Source: an uncultured Coriobacteriaceae bacterium (GTDB lineage: Bacteria; Actinomycetota; Coriobacteriia; Coriobacteriales; Coriobacteriaceae). Taken from it: a stretch of DNA of 64,000 bases. The stretch covers positions 913,332-977,331 of the forward strand of contig OZ007031.1 of NCBI GenBank assembly GCA_963931605.1, in the 5' to 3' direction. Both the position numbers and the translations under genes were made by a program. The notes beneath the pieces are model-generated. The model was given only the letters and a program-made list of their open reading frames with translations. It ran no database searches and was not told where the DNA came from. Shown here in pieces: positions 40,728 to 49,953 of the stretch (positions within the stretch are counted from its first letter, which is position 1; each line of letters starts with the position of its first letter).

Positions 40728-41171
40728 TTACGCCTCCAGCTCGATCTTCACGGGGTTCTGGGCAGCATGCGGATGCTCGGTGCCTGCGTAGACCTTGAGC
40801 TTGCGGAGCTGCTGACGGCCGAGCGTGGTCTTGGGGAGCATGCCGCGCACGGCGCGCTCGATAACGCGCTCGGGGTGCTTCTCCATCGCCTGACGGAACG
40901 TCTCAGCCTTGAGGCCGCCGTTGTAGCCGGTGTGATGGTAGTAGGTCTTCGTGTTCGCCTTGTTGCCGGTAAGCTGGACCTTATCGGCGTTGATGACGAT
41001 CACGAAATCGCCGGTGTCAACGTGGGGGGTGTACTGGGGCTTGTTCTTGCCGCGCAGGATCATGGCGATCTGGGTGGCAAGGCGGCCGAGGATAGCACCC
41101 TCAGCGTCGATGAGGTACCAGTTGCGCTGAACCTCACCCGGCTTTGCGTAGCGAGTCGACTTGTTGATCAC
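40728..41171 (-). CDS. rplM: 50S ribosomal protein L13, 147 aa
   Basis: [38 protein letters not shown] and [13 protein letters not shown] start with AGGAGG RBS. Confidence 0.97.
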   Translation of the reverse strand: MINKSTRYAKPGEVQRNWYLIDAEGAILGRLATQIAMILRGKNKPQYTPHVDTGDFVIVINADKVQLTGNKANTKTYYHHTGYNGGLKAETFRQAMEKHPERVIERAVRGMLPKTTLGRQQLRKLKVYAGTEHPHAAQNPVKIELEA

Positions 41172-41234
41172 GAGACTCCTCCTGGTGAATGTTTTTTACA
41201 GAGATTACACGGGGCTCTGTAAAGCAACCTGATC

Positions 41235-41263
41235 AGTATATTCACGCCGACAACCTGCGTCAA
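41235..41263 (-). promoter_or_regulatory. sigma70-type promoter for rplM-rpsI (TTGACG - 17 nt - TATACT)
   Basis: The minus strand reads TTGACGcaggttgtcggcgtgaaTATACT, about 65 nt upstream of the rplM start. A 9-bp leader hairpin TTTACAGAG/CTCTGTAAA follows. Confidence 0.55.
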
Positions 41264-41343
41264 CGGGTTTTGCCGGCACCCTCCACGAAAGATGCATTTG
41301 CACAAGGTATCCACACGCAGGTGTCGGCGGGCAGCGCTGACCA

Positions 41344-41481
41344 GGGAGCCCGGGGCGAGAAGAACCCGGAATCTGCCCGAAATCAGATTCCGGAACCTTC
41401 TCGCCCCGGGCTCCCTCACGCGTTGTTGCTCCCCTGCTAGGCTGCACATGCGCCAAATTAAGCACGGCCTCATTTGGCGCA
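41344..41481. repeat. composite intergenic element, copy 2: ~72-bp palindrome (41344-41415) + conserved hairpin TGCGCCAAAT..ATTTGGCGCA (41449-41481)
   Basis: GGGAGCCCGGGGCGAGAAGAACCCGGAATCTG-cccgaaat-CAGATTCCGGAACCTTCTCGCCCCGGGCTCCC. The same two-part element recurs at 44281-44392. Confidence 0.85.
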
Positions 41482-41558
41482 CGGGCGGCGCGGCGAAACT
41501 ATGTCCGCGCGCACTTATATACTATGGGCGAGAAAAACGCCAACGCAAAGGAGCCCAT

Positions 41559-44243
41559 ATGGCCGATGCATCCCTCACCGACACCGCGCCCGCCGCGCGC
41601 GCCAGCTCGTTTGCCGCCGGCAGCGCCGAGCCCGCGCCGCCCGGATCGCTTGGCGCGCTTGCCCCCTCGTGGTGGGAGCCCGAGGACGGCTCCGCGCCCG
41701 AGCCGTGGCTTACGCCCGACGAGGCCTTCGAGCGCTTCCTCGGCTGGTGCGAGGAGCGCGGCATCGAGCTGTGGCCGCACCAGGAAGAAGCGCTGATGGA
41801 CCTTGCCGCAGGCGACCACGTGATCCTGGGCACCCCCACCGGCTCAGGCAAGTCGCTCGTGGCGCTCGGGATGATCTACATGGCCATGGCCCAGGGCAAG
41901 CGCGCTTACTACACCGCCCCCATCAAGGCGCTGGTGTCCGAGAAGTTCTTCGACCTGGTCGAGGTGCTCGGCCGCGACAACGTCGGGATGGTCACTGGCG
42001 ACACCCACATAAACACCGCCGCCCCCGTCATCTGCTGCACCGCCGAGATCCTGGCCAACCAGGCCCTGCGCGAAGGCAGCGAGGCCGACGTGGGCGCCGT
42101 TGCCATGGACGAGTTCCACTACTTCGCCGACCCCGACCGCGGCTGGGCCTGGCAGGTGCCGCTGCTGACGCTGCCGCACGCGCAGTTCATGCTCATGAGC
42201 GCCACGCTGGGCGACGTGACCGCCATCGCCGCCGCCCTCGAGGAGCAGACCGGCACCCCGGTCGACCAGGTAACCGACGCGCCGCGCCCGGTGCCGCTCT
42301 CCTTCGAGTACGTCACCACCGCCATCGAGGGCACGGTCGAGCTCGCGCTGCGTCAAGGCGCCTCGCCGCTGTATATCGTGCACTTCTCGCAGGACGCAGC
42401 GCTTTCGTGCGCGCAGTCGCTCGCCAACTTCGGCATCGCCAGCAAGGAGCAGCGCGAGCGCATCAAGGAGGCCGCGCGCGGCACGCGCTTCACCACCGCC
42501 TTCGGCAAGATCCTGAAGCGCCTCATCGGCTGCGGCGTGGGCGTGCACCACGCCGGCATGCTGCCGCGCTACCGCCTGCTGGTGGAGAAGCTCGCTCAGC
42601 AGGGGCTCCTGCCCGTGATCTGCGGCACCGACACCCTGGGCGTGGGCATCAACGTGCCCATCCACACCGTGGTGCTCACGGCGCTCACCAAGTACGACGG
42701 CTACAAGATGCGCCGCCTGCGGGCGCGCGAGTTCCATCAGATCGCCGGGCGCGCCGGGCGCGCCGGCTTCGACACCGAGGGCCTGGTGATAGCCGAGGCG
42801 CCCGAGCACGACATCGAGAACGCCAAGCTCGTGGCCAAGGCCGGCGGCGACCCCAAGAAGCTCCGCAAGATCAAGCGCAAGAAGCCGCCGGAGGGCTTTG
42901 TCACCTGGAACGAGGCGACCTTCACGCGCCTCATCGAAGCCGCGCCCGAGACGCTCAAGCCCCGCCTGCGCATCACCCACTCCATGGTGCTCTCGCTGGT
43001 CGAGCAAGGCGGCGACGCGCGCGAGCGCGTCCGGGCGCTTATCGCCCGCAGCCTGCAGACGCCCGAAGAGAAGCTGCGCCTGAACGACCGCGCCGACGAG
43101 ATCTTCGCCACGCTCATCGACTCGGGCGTAGTCGTGGTGACCGCGGTGCCGCCGGCGCCGGACGCGCCCGCGGGAACCGCACCCGAGAAGGATTACGCCC
43201 TCACGGTGGACCTGCCGGAGGACTTCGCACTGGACCAACCGCTCTCCCCCTTCCTGCTCGCCGCCCTCGAGCTGCTGGACCCCGAGAGCGAGACCTACAC
43301 CTTCGACCTCATCTCCATGGTGGAGGCCACGCTGGAGGACCCCAAGCAGGTGCTGCGCGCCCAGGAGCGCGCCGCGCGCGACCGCGCCATGGCCGAGATG
43401 AAGGCCGACGGCGTGGAGTACGAGGAGCGGCTGGAGCGCATCCAGGACGTCACCTACGAAAAGCCGCTCGAGGAGCTGCTCGACGCCGCGTTCGAGCGGT
43501 ACTGCGCCGAGGTGCCCTGGGCCAACGACTACGAGCTCTCCCCCAAGAGCGTGCTGCGCGACATGCTGGAGAGCGCTTCTGACTTCAAGGGATACGTGCA
43601 GCGGCTGGGCATCGCGCGGTCCGAGGGCATCCTGCTGCGCTACCTGGCCGAGGCGTACCGCGCGCTGATGCGCACCGTGCCGCTGGAGAAGCGCAACGAG
43701 CAGCTCGAGGACATCATCAGCTGGCTGGGCTTCGTGGTGAGAAGCGTCGACTCCAGCCTGGTAGACGAGTGGGAGGCTGCCGGCGAGACGGGTGCTTTGG
43801 ACGCAGCGCCGCCGAGCGCCGCCGACGCCGTGGTGGCCGACCGCCGCGGCGTGACGCTCTTGGTCCGCAACGCCCTGATGCGCCGCGTGACGCTCGCCGC
43901 CGCTGGGCGCACCGACGAGCTCGGCAGCCTCGACGCCGACTGGGGCATGCCCGAAATCCGTTGGAAGCGCGCGCTGGAGGCCTACCACGCCGAGCACGAG
44001 GAGATCCTCACCGACGCCGACGCGCGCTCGACGGCGTTCTTCTCGGTTGACGAGACAGACGAGAAGCGCCCGGCCGAGGACGGCGGGCACGTGTGGCACG
44101 CGCACCAGATCTTCTCCGACGAGGCCGGCGACCACGACTTCGGCATCATGGCCGACCTCGACCTCGACGCCACGCAGGAGCAGAGCGAAGCCATCTTCAA
44201 GAACTACCGCGTCGGCTTTTTCGAGGAGATCAGCGAGGGCTGA
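41559..44243 (+). CDS. DEAD/DEAH-box (Ski2/HelY-like) helicase with long C-terminal DUF3516-type region, 894 aa
   Basis: Motif I GTPTGSGKS, motif II AMDEFH, motif III MSATLG, motif VI QIAGRAGRAGFD. AAGGAG RBS 5 nt before ATG 41559. Confidence 0.9.
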   Translation: MADASLTDTAPAARASSFAAGSAEPAPPGSLGALAPSWWEPEDGSAPEPWLTPDEAFERFLGWCEERGIELWPHQEEALMDLAAGDHVILGTPTGSGKSLVALGMIYMAMAQGKRAYYTAPIKALVSEKFFDLVEVLGRDNVGMVTGDTHINTAAPVICCTAEILANQALREGSEADVGAVAMDEFHYFADPDRGWAWQVPLLTLPHAQFMLMSATLGDVTAIAAALEEQTGTPVDQVTDAPRPVPLSFEYVTTAIEGTVELALRQGASPLYIVHFSQDAALSCAQSLANFGIASKEQRERIKEAARGTRFTTAFGKILKRLIGCGVGVHHAGMLPRYRLLVEKLAQQGLLPVICGTDTLGVGINVPIHTVVLTALTKYDGYKMRRLRAREFHQIAGRAGRAGFDTEGLVIAEAPEHDIENAKLVAKAGGDPKKLRKIKRKKPPEGFVTWNEATFTRLIEAAPETLKPRLRITHSMVLSLVEQGGDARERVRALIARSLQTPEEKLRLNDRADEIFATLIDSGVVVVTAVPPAPDAPAGTAPEKDYALTVDLPEDFALDQPLSPFLLAALELLDPESETYTFDLISMVEATLEDPKQVLRAQERAARDRAMAEMKADGVEYEERLERIQDVTYEKPLEELLDAAFERYCAEVPWANDYELSPKSVLRDMLESASDFKGYVQRLGIARSEGILLRYLAEAYRALMRTVPLEKRNEQLEDIISWLGFVVRSVDSSLVDEWEAAGETGALDAAPPSAADAVVADRRGVTLLVRNALMRRVTLAAAGRTDELGSLDADWGMPEIRWKRALEAYHAEHEEILTDADARSTAFFSVDETDEKRPAEDGGHVWHAHQIFSDEAGDHDFGIMADLDLDATQEQSEAIFKNYRVGFFEEISEG

Positions 44244-44280
44244 GCACGTCGGTCGCGCGAGAAATGCGACCCTAACGAGA

Positions 44281-44392
44281 GGGGCCCGGTGCCGAGGAAC
44301 CCGAAATCTGCCCGACATCAGATTTCGGAACCCTTGGCCCCGGGCCCCTTTCTCGCCTGTGCGCCAAATTAAGCACGGCCTAATCTGGCGCA
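44281..44392. repeat. composite intergenic element, copy 3: ~68-bp palindrome (44281-44348) + hairpin TGCGCCAAAT..ATCTGGCGCA (44360-44392)
   Basis: It has the same orientation and order as the copy at 41344-41481. It lies between the convergent helicase and aminotransferase genes. Confidence 0.85.
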
Positions 44393-44399
44393 TTTCGTC

Positions 44400-46043
44400 T
44401 TACTGGCGATAGTGCGCGAAGAAGTCGGCCAGATCCTCCATGGCCTCGTGCAGCACCTCCATGCGCGGCAGGTACACGATGCGGAAGTGGTCGGGCTTCG
44501 CCCAGTTGAAACCGCCGCCGCGCGTGATGAGGATGCGCTTCTCGTGCAGCAGGTCGAGCGCGAACTGCTCGTCGTCGGTGATGTTGAACTTCTCCACGTC
44601 CATCTTGGGGAAGATGTAAAACGCCGCCTTGGGCTTGACCGCCGTGATGCCGGGGATGGCGTTCAGCGCCTTATACACGTACTCGCGCTGCTCGTAGATG
44701 CGGCCGCCGGGCTCAACGTAGCGCTCCACGCTCTGATAACCGCCCAGCGCCGTCTGCACGACGGACTGCGCCGGCACGTTGGAGCACAGGCGCATGTTGG
44801 AGAGCATGTTGATGCCGTAGATGAAGTCCTTCATGCAGCGCTTGTTGCCCGAAAGAATCATCCAGCCGATGCGGTAGCCCGCGATCATGTGGCTCTTGGA
44901 AAGGCCTGAGAACGTGACGCACGGCAGGTCGGGAGCCAGGCTCGCGATAGAGATGTGCTCAACGCCGTCCATGCACAGGCGGTCGTAGATCTCGTCCGAG
45001 AAGATCATGAGCTGGTTCTCGCGCGCGATCTCCACGATCTCCTCGAGCACCTCGCGCGGGTACACGGCGCCTGTGGGGTTGTTGGGATTGATGATGACGA
45101 TGGCCTTGGTGTTGGGCGTGATTTTGGCGCGCACGTCGTCCAGGTCGGGGTTCCAGTCGGCCTCCTCGTCGCACACGTAATGCACGGCGGTGCCGCCGGC
45201 GAGCGTGGCGCACGCGGTCCACAGCGGGTAGTCGGGGCTCGGGATGAGGATCTCGTCGCCGGTGTCCAACAGCGCGTTCATGCACAGCTGGATGAGCTCG
45301 GAGACGCCGTTGCCCGTGTAGATGCCGTCCATGGAGACATTGGGCAGGTGCTTGAGCTGCGCGTACTGCATGATGGCCTTGCGTGCCGAGAAGAGCCCGC
45401 GCGAGTCGGAGTAGCCCTCGCAGTCGGGCAGCTGCTGGCGCATGTCGGTGATGACCTCGTCGGGGGTGCGGAAGCCGAAGGGCGCCGGGTTGCCGATGTT
45501 GAGCTTCAAGATCCGCAGACCCTCGTCCTCCATGCGAGCGGCCTCGTCGGCCACCGGGCCGCGGACGTCGTAGAGCACGTTGTCGAGCTTGGTTGACTTG
45601 GTGAACTGGCGCATGGGTGCGCTCCTTTGCGTGTCGGTGGTTGGGCGAGAAGCGCCCGCGGCATGTGCGGCGCGGGCGGACGTGGAGGCGGCCGCAGGCC
45701 GCGCGGAAGCTCGCCCTGGCGGCGCGGCGGGAGCCGGCGGGGTTGATGCGGCCGCAGATGCAGCGCGCGCGACTGGATCTGACTGAGGCTGAACCGTAGC
45801 CGAAGCGGCCGACTGAGGCGCGTCCGCATTGCCCGCGAGCCATGCAACGTCAACGTCAAGCAGGCTGGCAAGCAGCCGCATCACGTCGCGCCGGGGAACG
45901 GTCTTGCCGCTCACGTACTGGCTCACCTGGCTTTTTCCCAGCTTCTTGCCCTGTGCGGCGGCACGGCGGATAAGGTCGGCCTGCTTCACGTGCGCCGTGT
46001 CCATCGCGCTTCTCAGCCGCTCTGCAAACGCCGTCTCCCCCAT
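44400..46043 (-). CDS. XRE-family HTH domain fused through an Ala/Pro-rich linker to an AlaA-type class I aminotransferase, 547 aa
   Basis: N-terminus FAERLRSAMDTAHVKQADLIRRAA...SQVSQYVSGKTVP (HTH_3-like). Aminotransferase core NIGNPAPFGF, INPNNPTGAVY and the PLP-lysine motif SGLSKSHMIAGYRIGW. GGGAGG RBS 6 nt before ATG 46043. Confidence 0.85.
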   Translation of the reverse strand: MGETAFAERLRSAMDTAHVKQADLIRRAAAQGKKLGKSQVSQYVSGKTVPRRDVMRLLASLLDVDVAWLAGNADAPQSAASATVQPQSDPVARAASAAASTPPAPAAPPGRASARPAAASTSARAAHAAGASRPTTDTQRSAPMRQFTKSTKLDNVLYDVRGPVADEAARMEDEGLRILKLNIGNPAPFGFRTPDEVITDMRQQLPDCEGYSDSRGLFSARKAIMQYAQLKHLPNVSMDGIYTGNGVSELIQLCMNALLDTGDEILIPSPDYPLWTACATLAGGTAVHYVCDEEADWNPDLDDVRAKITPNTKAIVIINPNNPTGAVYPREVLEEIVEIARENQLMIFSDEIYDRLCMDGVEHISIASLAPDLPCVTFSGLSKSHMIAGYRIGWMILSGNKRCMKDFIYGINMLSNMRLCSNVPAQSVVQTALGGYQSVERYVEPGGRIYEQREYVYKALNAIPGITAVKPKAAFYIFPKMDVEKFNITDDEQFALDLLHEKRILITRGGGFNWAKPDHFRIVYLPRMEVLHEAMEDLADFFAHYRQ

Positions 46044-46063
46044 GTCGCACCTCCCGCACTGAA

Positions 46064-46173
46064 AGTTCAATTTCAGAAGCCTTGCAAATTGAACTTCACC
46101 GAGTTTCTCTCGGCAGTATGTTCAATTTAGGCGCCAGTATAACACGGCAGAGTTCAAAGGATGGTTCAATTTT
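46064..46173. promoter_or_regulatory. cluster of five GTTCAATTT-type sites (putative operators) upstream of the HTH-aminotransferase gene
   Basis: Sites are GTTCAATTTC 46065-46074, inverted AAATTGAAC 46086-46094, GTTCAATTTA 46120-46129, GTTCAAAG 46152-46159 and GTTCAATTTT 46164-46173. The first two form an 11-bp inverted repeat with a 12-bp spacer. Confidence 0.45.
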
Positions 46174-46243
46174 ATAAAACCAGTGGGATCTTGCGCATAG
46201 ATGTGCCTGGCTTGCTGCCTGCACCAAGCCGGGCGCCCGATCC

Positions 46244-47026
46244 TTACAGGCAGGTCCAAGGCTCTTGGCGGACGGCGCACTTCTGCGCAAAGGCCTCACG
46301 GGCGGCTGTCAGCGCTTCGCCGCCGCCAATCGTGCGCGCACCGGCTGGGCACACTGCCACGCAACGGAAACACGAGATGCAGCGGTCGACATCCGTTGCG
46401 GTTGTGTCGTCAAAGGTGATGGCGCCCGTGGGGCAAAAGCGTACGCACAGGCCGCAGGTCGTGCACTCGTCGGCGTCCGCCTCGGGCTTGAAGACCACGC
46501 CGCCAAAGGTGCGGTAGGGCCGGTTGCCGGGGATCGACGCCACGCGCGCGGCCTCGGCGCTGTCCGCACGAGCGAGCTTCTCGACCACCTGCGCGGCAAA
46601 CGCCCGCACCGCCGCAAGGTCGTCGGCATCCGGACGGCCTTCGGCCACGTTGGTCATAAGCGAGTGGTGCGCCACGAACGAACCGAGCGCCACGGGGACA
46701 AAGCCACCCTCCCCCAGCACGTCGGTCATCTCCAAGAACGTGTCGTCCACCGCGCGGTTTCCGTAGCTCACGACAAGCACGGCGGGCACGCCCTCGCCCA
46801 CGCATCGCCTGAGCTTCTCTGCCGCCGGCACCGGAACGCGGCCACCATACGACGGCACCGCGAACACGGCAAGGTCTCCTGGGGCAAAGGCGGGCACCGC
46901 GCGTTTCTGCGGCGTGATGTCGGTGACCTCATAGGGAATCCCCGTGGCTCGGCAAAACTCCTCCGCGATCTGCATGGTCGTGCCGGCACCCGTGAACACG
47001 CACGCGCGAACGCTCTCGATCTTCAT
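46244..47026 (-). CDS. flavodoxin-like domain + 2x[4Fe-4S] ferredoxin domain protein (EFR1-type), 260 aa
   Basis: Two CxxCxxCxxxCP motifs (CTTCGLCVRFCP, CISCFRCVAVCP) follow a flavodoxin-like N-terminal half. Confidence 0.78.
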   Translation of the reverse strand: MKIESVRACVFTGAGTTMQIAEEFCRATGIPYEVTDITPQKRAVPAFAPGDLAVFAVPSYGGRVPVPAAEKLRRCVGEGVPAVLVVSYGNRAVDDTFLEMTDVLGEGGFVPVALGSFVAHHSLMTNVAEGRPDADDLAAVRAFAAQVVEKLARADSAEAARVASIPGNRPYRTFGGVVFKPEADADECTTCGLCVRFCPTGAITFDDTTATDVDRCISCFRCVAVCPAGARTIGGGEALTAAREAFAQKCAVRQEPWTCL

Positions 47027-47057
47027 ACCATCCATCCTTCCCCTCAAACGCAACGCT

Positions 47058-47780
47058 CTAGGTATGCCACGCCGCCAGCACCTCCGCAGGTACTGCGCTG
47101 GCGTCAAAGCGGTAGTGGCCTGTTACCTCTTGGCGAAACGGATATGCCAGATAGTCGTTCTCACGCCAGAGCTGACCCATGTTGTGGATCACAAACGCCT
47201 TGCCGCGCCGGTCGCGGCGGTCGCTCACGATCCCGATATGGGAACCGTTGCCAAACACCACCACGTCCCCGCCCTGCCATGCGTCAAGGGCGTCAGCGTC
47301 GCAGCTCAGCTCCTGCGCATACCGCCTGAAAAACACGTCCAGCACGCCCGCTCGGCGAAAGTCTATGTTGGGGTCGGGCTCGTTAACCACCCCGGCATAC
47401 GCCTGTGGATCTGCCGCGACGTCCCTGTCGACCATGGCCTTGAGATCGTACCCCGCACGCGCGAAAGCGCGCCACACCGTGTCGGTGCACGCACCGCGCC
47501 CCTCGGGCGGGTAGCCGCCCTCGTAGTACCCGCTGTCGTAAACCGGCCACGCCTCGGCGTCGGCGCGGGCCCCTTGCACGATGTCGCGGTAGTCGTCCAC
47601 GCCGTCGGCGTCAAAATCAACCGCGCTTGCCGCCATGGGATAGCGCGTGCCCATCCGACCGCTGGGCATCGTCCACCAAACAAACCCCGCCAGCACGGCG
47701 AGCAAGGCGAGAAGAACACCCGCGGCCACGCGCGCAGCCCATCCGAGACCGCCCCGCAGCAAGCAGCGCATACGCTTCAT
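47058..47780 (-). CDS. DUF1287-domain protein with N-terminal membrane anchor, 240 aa
   Basis: GACTDTVWRAFARAGYDL, PDPNIDFRR and GDVVVF..SHIGIV...FVIHNMG match my recollection of DUF1287. GGGAGGA RBS before ATG 47780. Confidence 0.72.
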   Translation of the reverse strand: MKRMRCLLRGGLGWAARVAAGVLLALLAVLAGFVWWTMPSGRMGTRYPMAASAVDFDADGVDDYRDIVQGARADAEAWPVYDSGYYEGGYPPEGRGACTDTVWRAFARAGYDLKAMVDRDVAADPQAYAGVVNEPDPNIDFRRAGVLDVFFRRYAQELSCDADALDAWQGGDVVVFGNGSHIGIVSDRRDRRGKAFVIHNMGQLWRENDYLAYPFRQEVTGHYRFDASAVPAEVLAAWHT

Positions 47781-47920
47781 GGCATCCTCCCTCTCTCGTC
47801 GTTTAACTATGCCACATCGCAGAGCCGCTTGCATCCATGAAACGTACACATGTTCGAATTTCGTGTCCGCACGGAGATGTACGCTCGTCGCAGCGAGCCA
47901 CTGCAGAGGGAAGGGGCAAG

Positions 47921-48280
47921 ATGGTCAGACACAGCTTGGCGGGCACCAACGGCATCCCCGCTCCGTCATCCCGCACGTACCTGCACGTGGTGGCCGAGGT
48001 TACCGAGGCTGGGAAAGAGCGTCCGCTCGAAATCATTTGGCCAGACGGACGGCGCTTCCGCGTAACGTCCTCGCGCGAGCTGCGCAGCTTCGGGCGGTGG
48101 GAGTTCGGCACGCTCGTCGTGGCCTATGAGGTGACGCTCAAGCGGCGGTGCGGCAGCGATGCGCGACGCACGGTGTGGTGGGAGCGGGGACGGTGGTTCA
48201 CGCAGGCACGCCCCCGGTCCGCAGGTGCGCCAAACCGCCAAGCGGCAGGCTCCGTCGCCTGGAAGGAGGGGCGGCCATGA
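47921..48280 (+). CDS. small hypothetical protein, 119 aa
   Basis: ATG 47921 follows a GGGAAGGGG purine tract. The block LEIIWPDGRRFRV...VWWERGRWF looks like a folded domain rather than GC noise. There is no functional call. Confidence 0.45.
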   Translation: MVRHSLAGTNGIPAPSSRTYLHVVAEVTEAGKERPLEIIWPDGRRFRVTSSRELRSFGRWEFGTLVVAYEVTLKRRCGSDARRTVWWERGRWFTQARPRSAGAPNRQAAGSVAWKEGRP

Positions 48281-48378
48281 GGCAGGCAGCGCACCCGAGC
48301 GGGGTCCGCGCAAAAGCGGTGCGCCCCGGCCGTGCAGGCAACCAGGGCGCACCGTATGTCACGCATGCGGTCGAGGCG

Positions 48379-49740
48379 TTACGCCAAATCCTCTCCGTTG
48401 CTCTCAAACGCCTTCTTGAACCAGGCGAAGCTCTTCTTGGGATAGCGCGCCAGGTGCTTCTCGCCCTCGGCGTCGTAGTCAACGTACACGGCGCCGTAGC
48501 GCTTGACAATGGTGCCGCTGGACGCCGGAATGTCGATAAGCCCCCAGCCCAGGTAGCCCAGCACCTGGACGCCGTCCTTCTCGACCGCGTCTTTCATGGC
48601 CTGGATGTGGGCGCGGTGGTAGCTGATGCGGTAGTCGTCCTCGACCATGGTGCCGTCCGCAGGAAGGTTCTCGCGCCAGCCGATGCCGTTCTCGATCGGG
48701 AACACCGGCAACCCGCAGCGCTCGTAGATCTCGGAGAGCGAGCAGCGGAAGCCCGCCGGGTCGATCTGCCAGCCCCACTCGTTGGCCTCGCAGTGCTCGT
48801 TTTTGACCATGCCGGCCTCGCCCAGGTGAACGGCAGGCGTGCCCTCGGGGATCTTGGCAGCCGACACGCAGTCCGAACGGTAATAGCTGAACGCGGCGAA
48901 GTCGTTTCTCATGCGGGCGATGTCGGCCATCTCGGCGGCCGTCATCTCAAGCTCGATGCCCTGGCGGCGCAGATAGGCGGTGTAGTAGGCCGGGTACGCT
49001 CCGCGCGCGGCGGTGTCGAGCACCACCCAGTCGCTGAACCGCTCGGCCTCGGTAGCAGCCAAGACGTCGGCCGGATCGCTCGTAGCCGGGTACACGGGCG
49101 TGAAAGCGCACATGACGCCGATCTTGCAGTCGGGGTAGTTCTCGTGCAGGTAGTTCACCACGCGCGCGTGCGCGACCATCACGTTGTGGGCAATCTGCAG
49201 GATCTTGGGCTCGTCGTTGCCCACAGGGTCGGCGGCGCCGGCGATGCGGCATGCGCCAGGGATGCCGTAAAGGTTCTGCTCGTTGAAGGTGATCCACCAC
49301 TTGACCTTGGGCGCAAGCGCGTCGATCGCGACCTTGGCAAACTCCACGAACGCGTCCACCACATGCTTGGAGGCAAAGCCGTCGTACTCCTCAGCCAACG
49401 CCAACGGCATGTCGAAGTGATACAGGCGCGCCATGGGCTCGATGCCTTGGGCGATAAGATCGTCGCCGAGCGCCTCGTAGTAAACGAGGCCCTCCTGGTT
49501 CACCCGCCCCTCGCCCTCGGGCATGATGCGCGACCACGAGGTCTGGAAGCGGTAGCAGTTCATGCCCATCTCGGCCATGAGCTCGTTGTCCTCATGAAAG
49601 CGATGGCAGCCGTCCACTGCCTCCTCCCACGCGCCCTCATAGTTCTCATACACGCTCGAGCCCTTGCCGCCCTCGTGCTAAGCCCCGTCGTACTGCATGC
49701 TGGAGACAGAGTTACCCCACAGGAACCCCTTCGGCAACAC
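48379..49740 (-). pseudogene. glycoside hydrolase family 1 (beta-glucosidase/6-phospho-beta-glucosidase) interrupted by in-frame TAG at codon 21
   Basis: The GH1 N-terminus VLPKGFLWGNSVSSMQYDGA-TAG-HEGGKGSSVYENY is continuous in one frame (TAG at 49678-49680). Acid/base motif TFNEQ and nucleophile motif IENGIG lie downstream. AAAGGAG precedes GTG 49740. Confidence 0.75.
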
Positions 49741-49953
49741 GGACGCGACATGCTCCTTTCTCGTTGGCGCCCCGCAACCAGAGCGCGTTATATTCCGTTG
49801 AAAAGATTGTAGCGCTTTAATTTTACTTTCGTCACGCTCCGCCAATCTTCACCTCCCCGTTACGGGGAGTTAGCGCCCCTCGGCCGGCGGTGGCGGGCGC
49901 TACGCCGGCGGTGCGTGCTACGATGGGCTCAACCGAACCAAAGGGGTCTTGAC

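Noticed and set aside
49678-49680. TAG in the GH1 gene as programmed recoding (pyrrolysine or read-through)
   Set aside because: There are no pyl genes and no downstream recoding structure in the window. The position corresponds to a commonly conserved Trp, one transition away from TAG, so a nonsense mutation or a sequencing error is more parsimonious.
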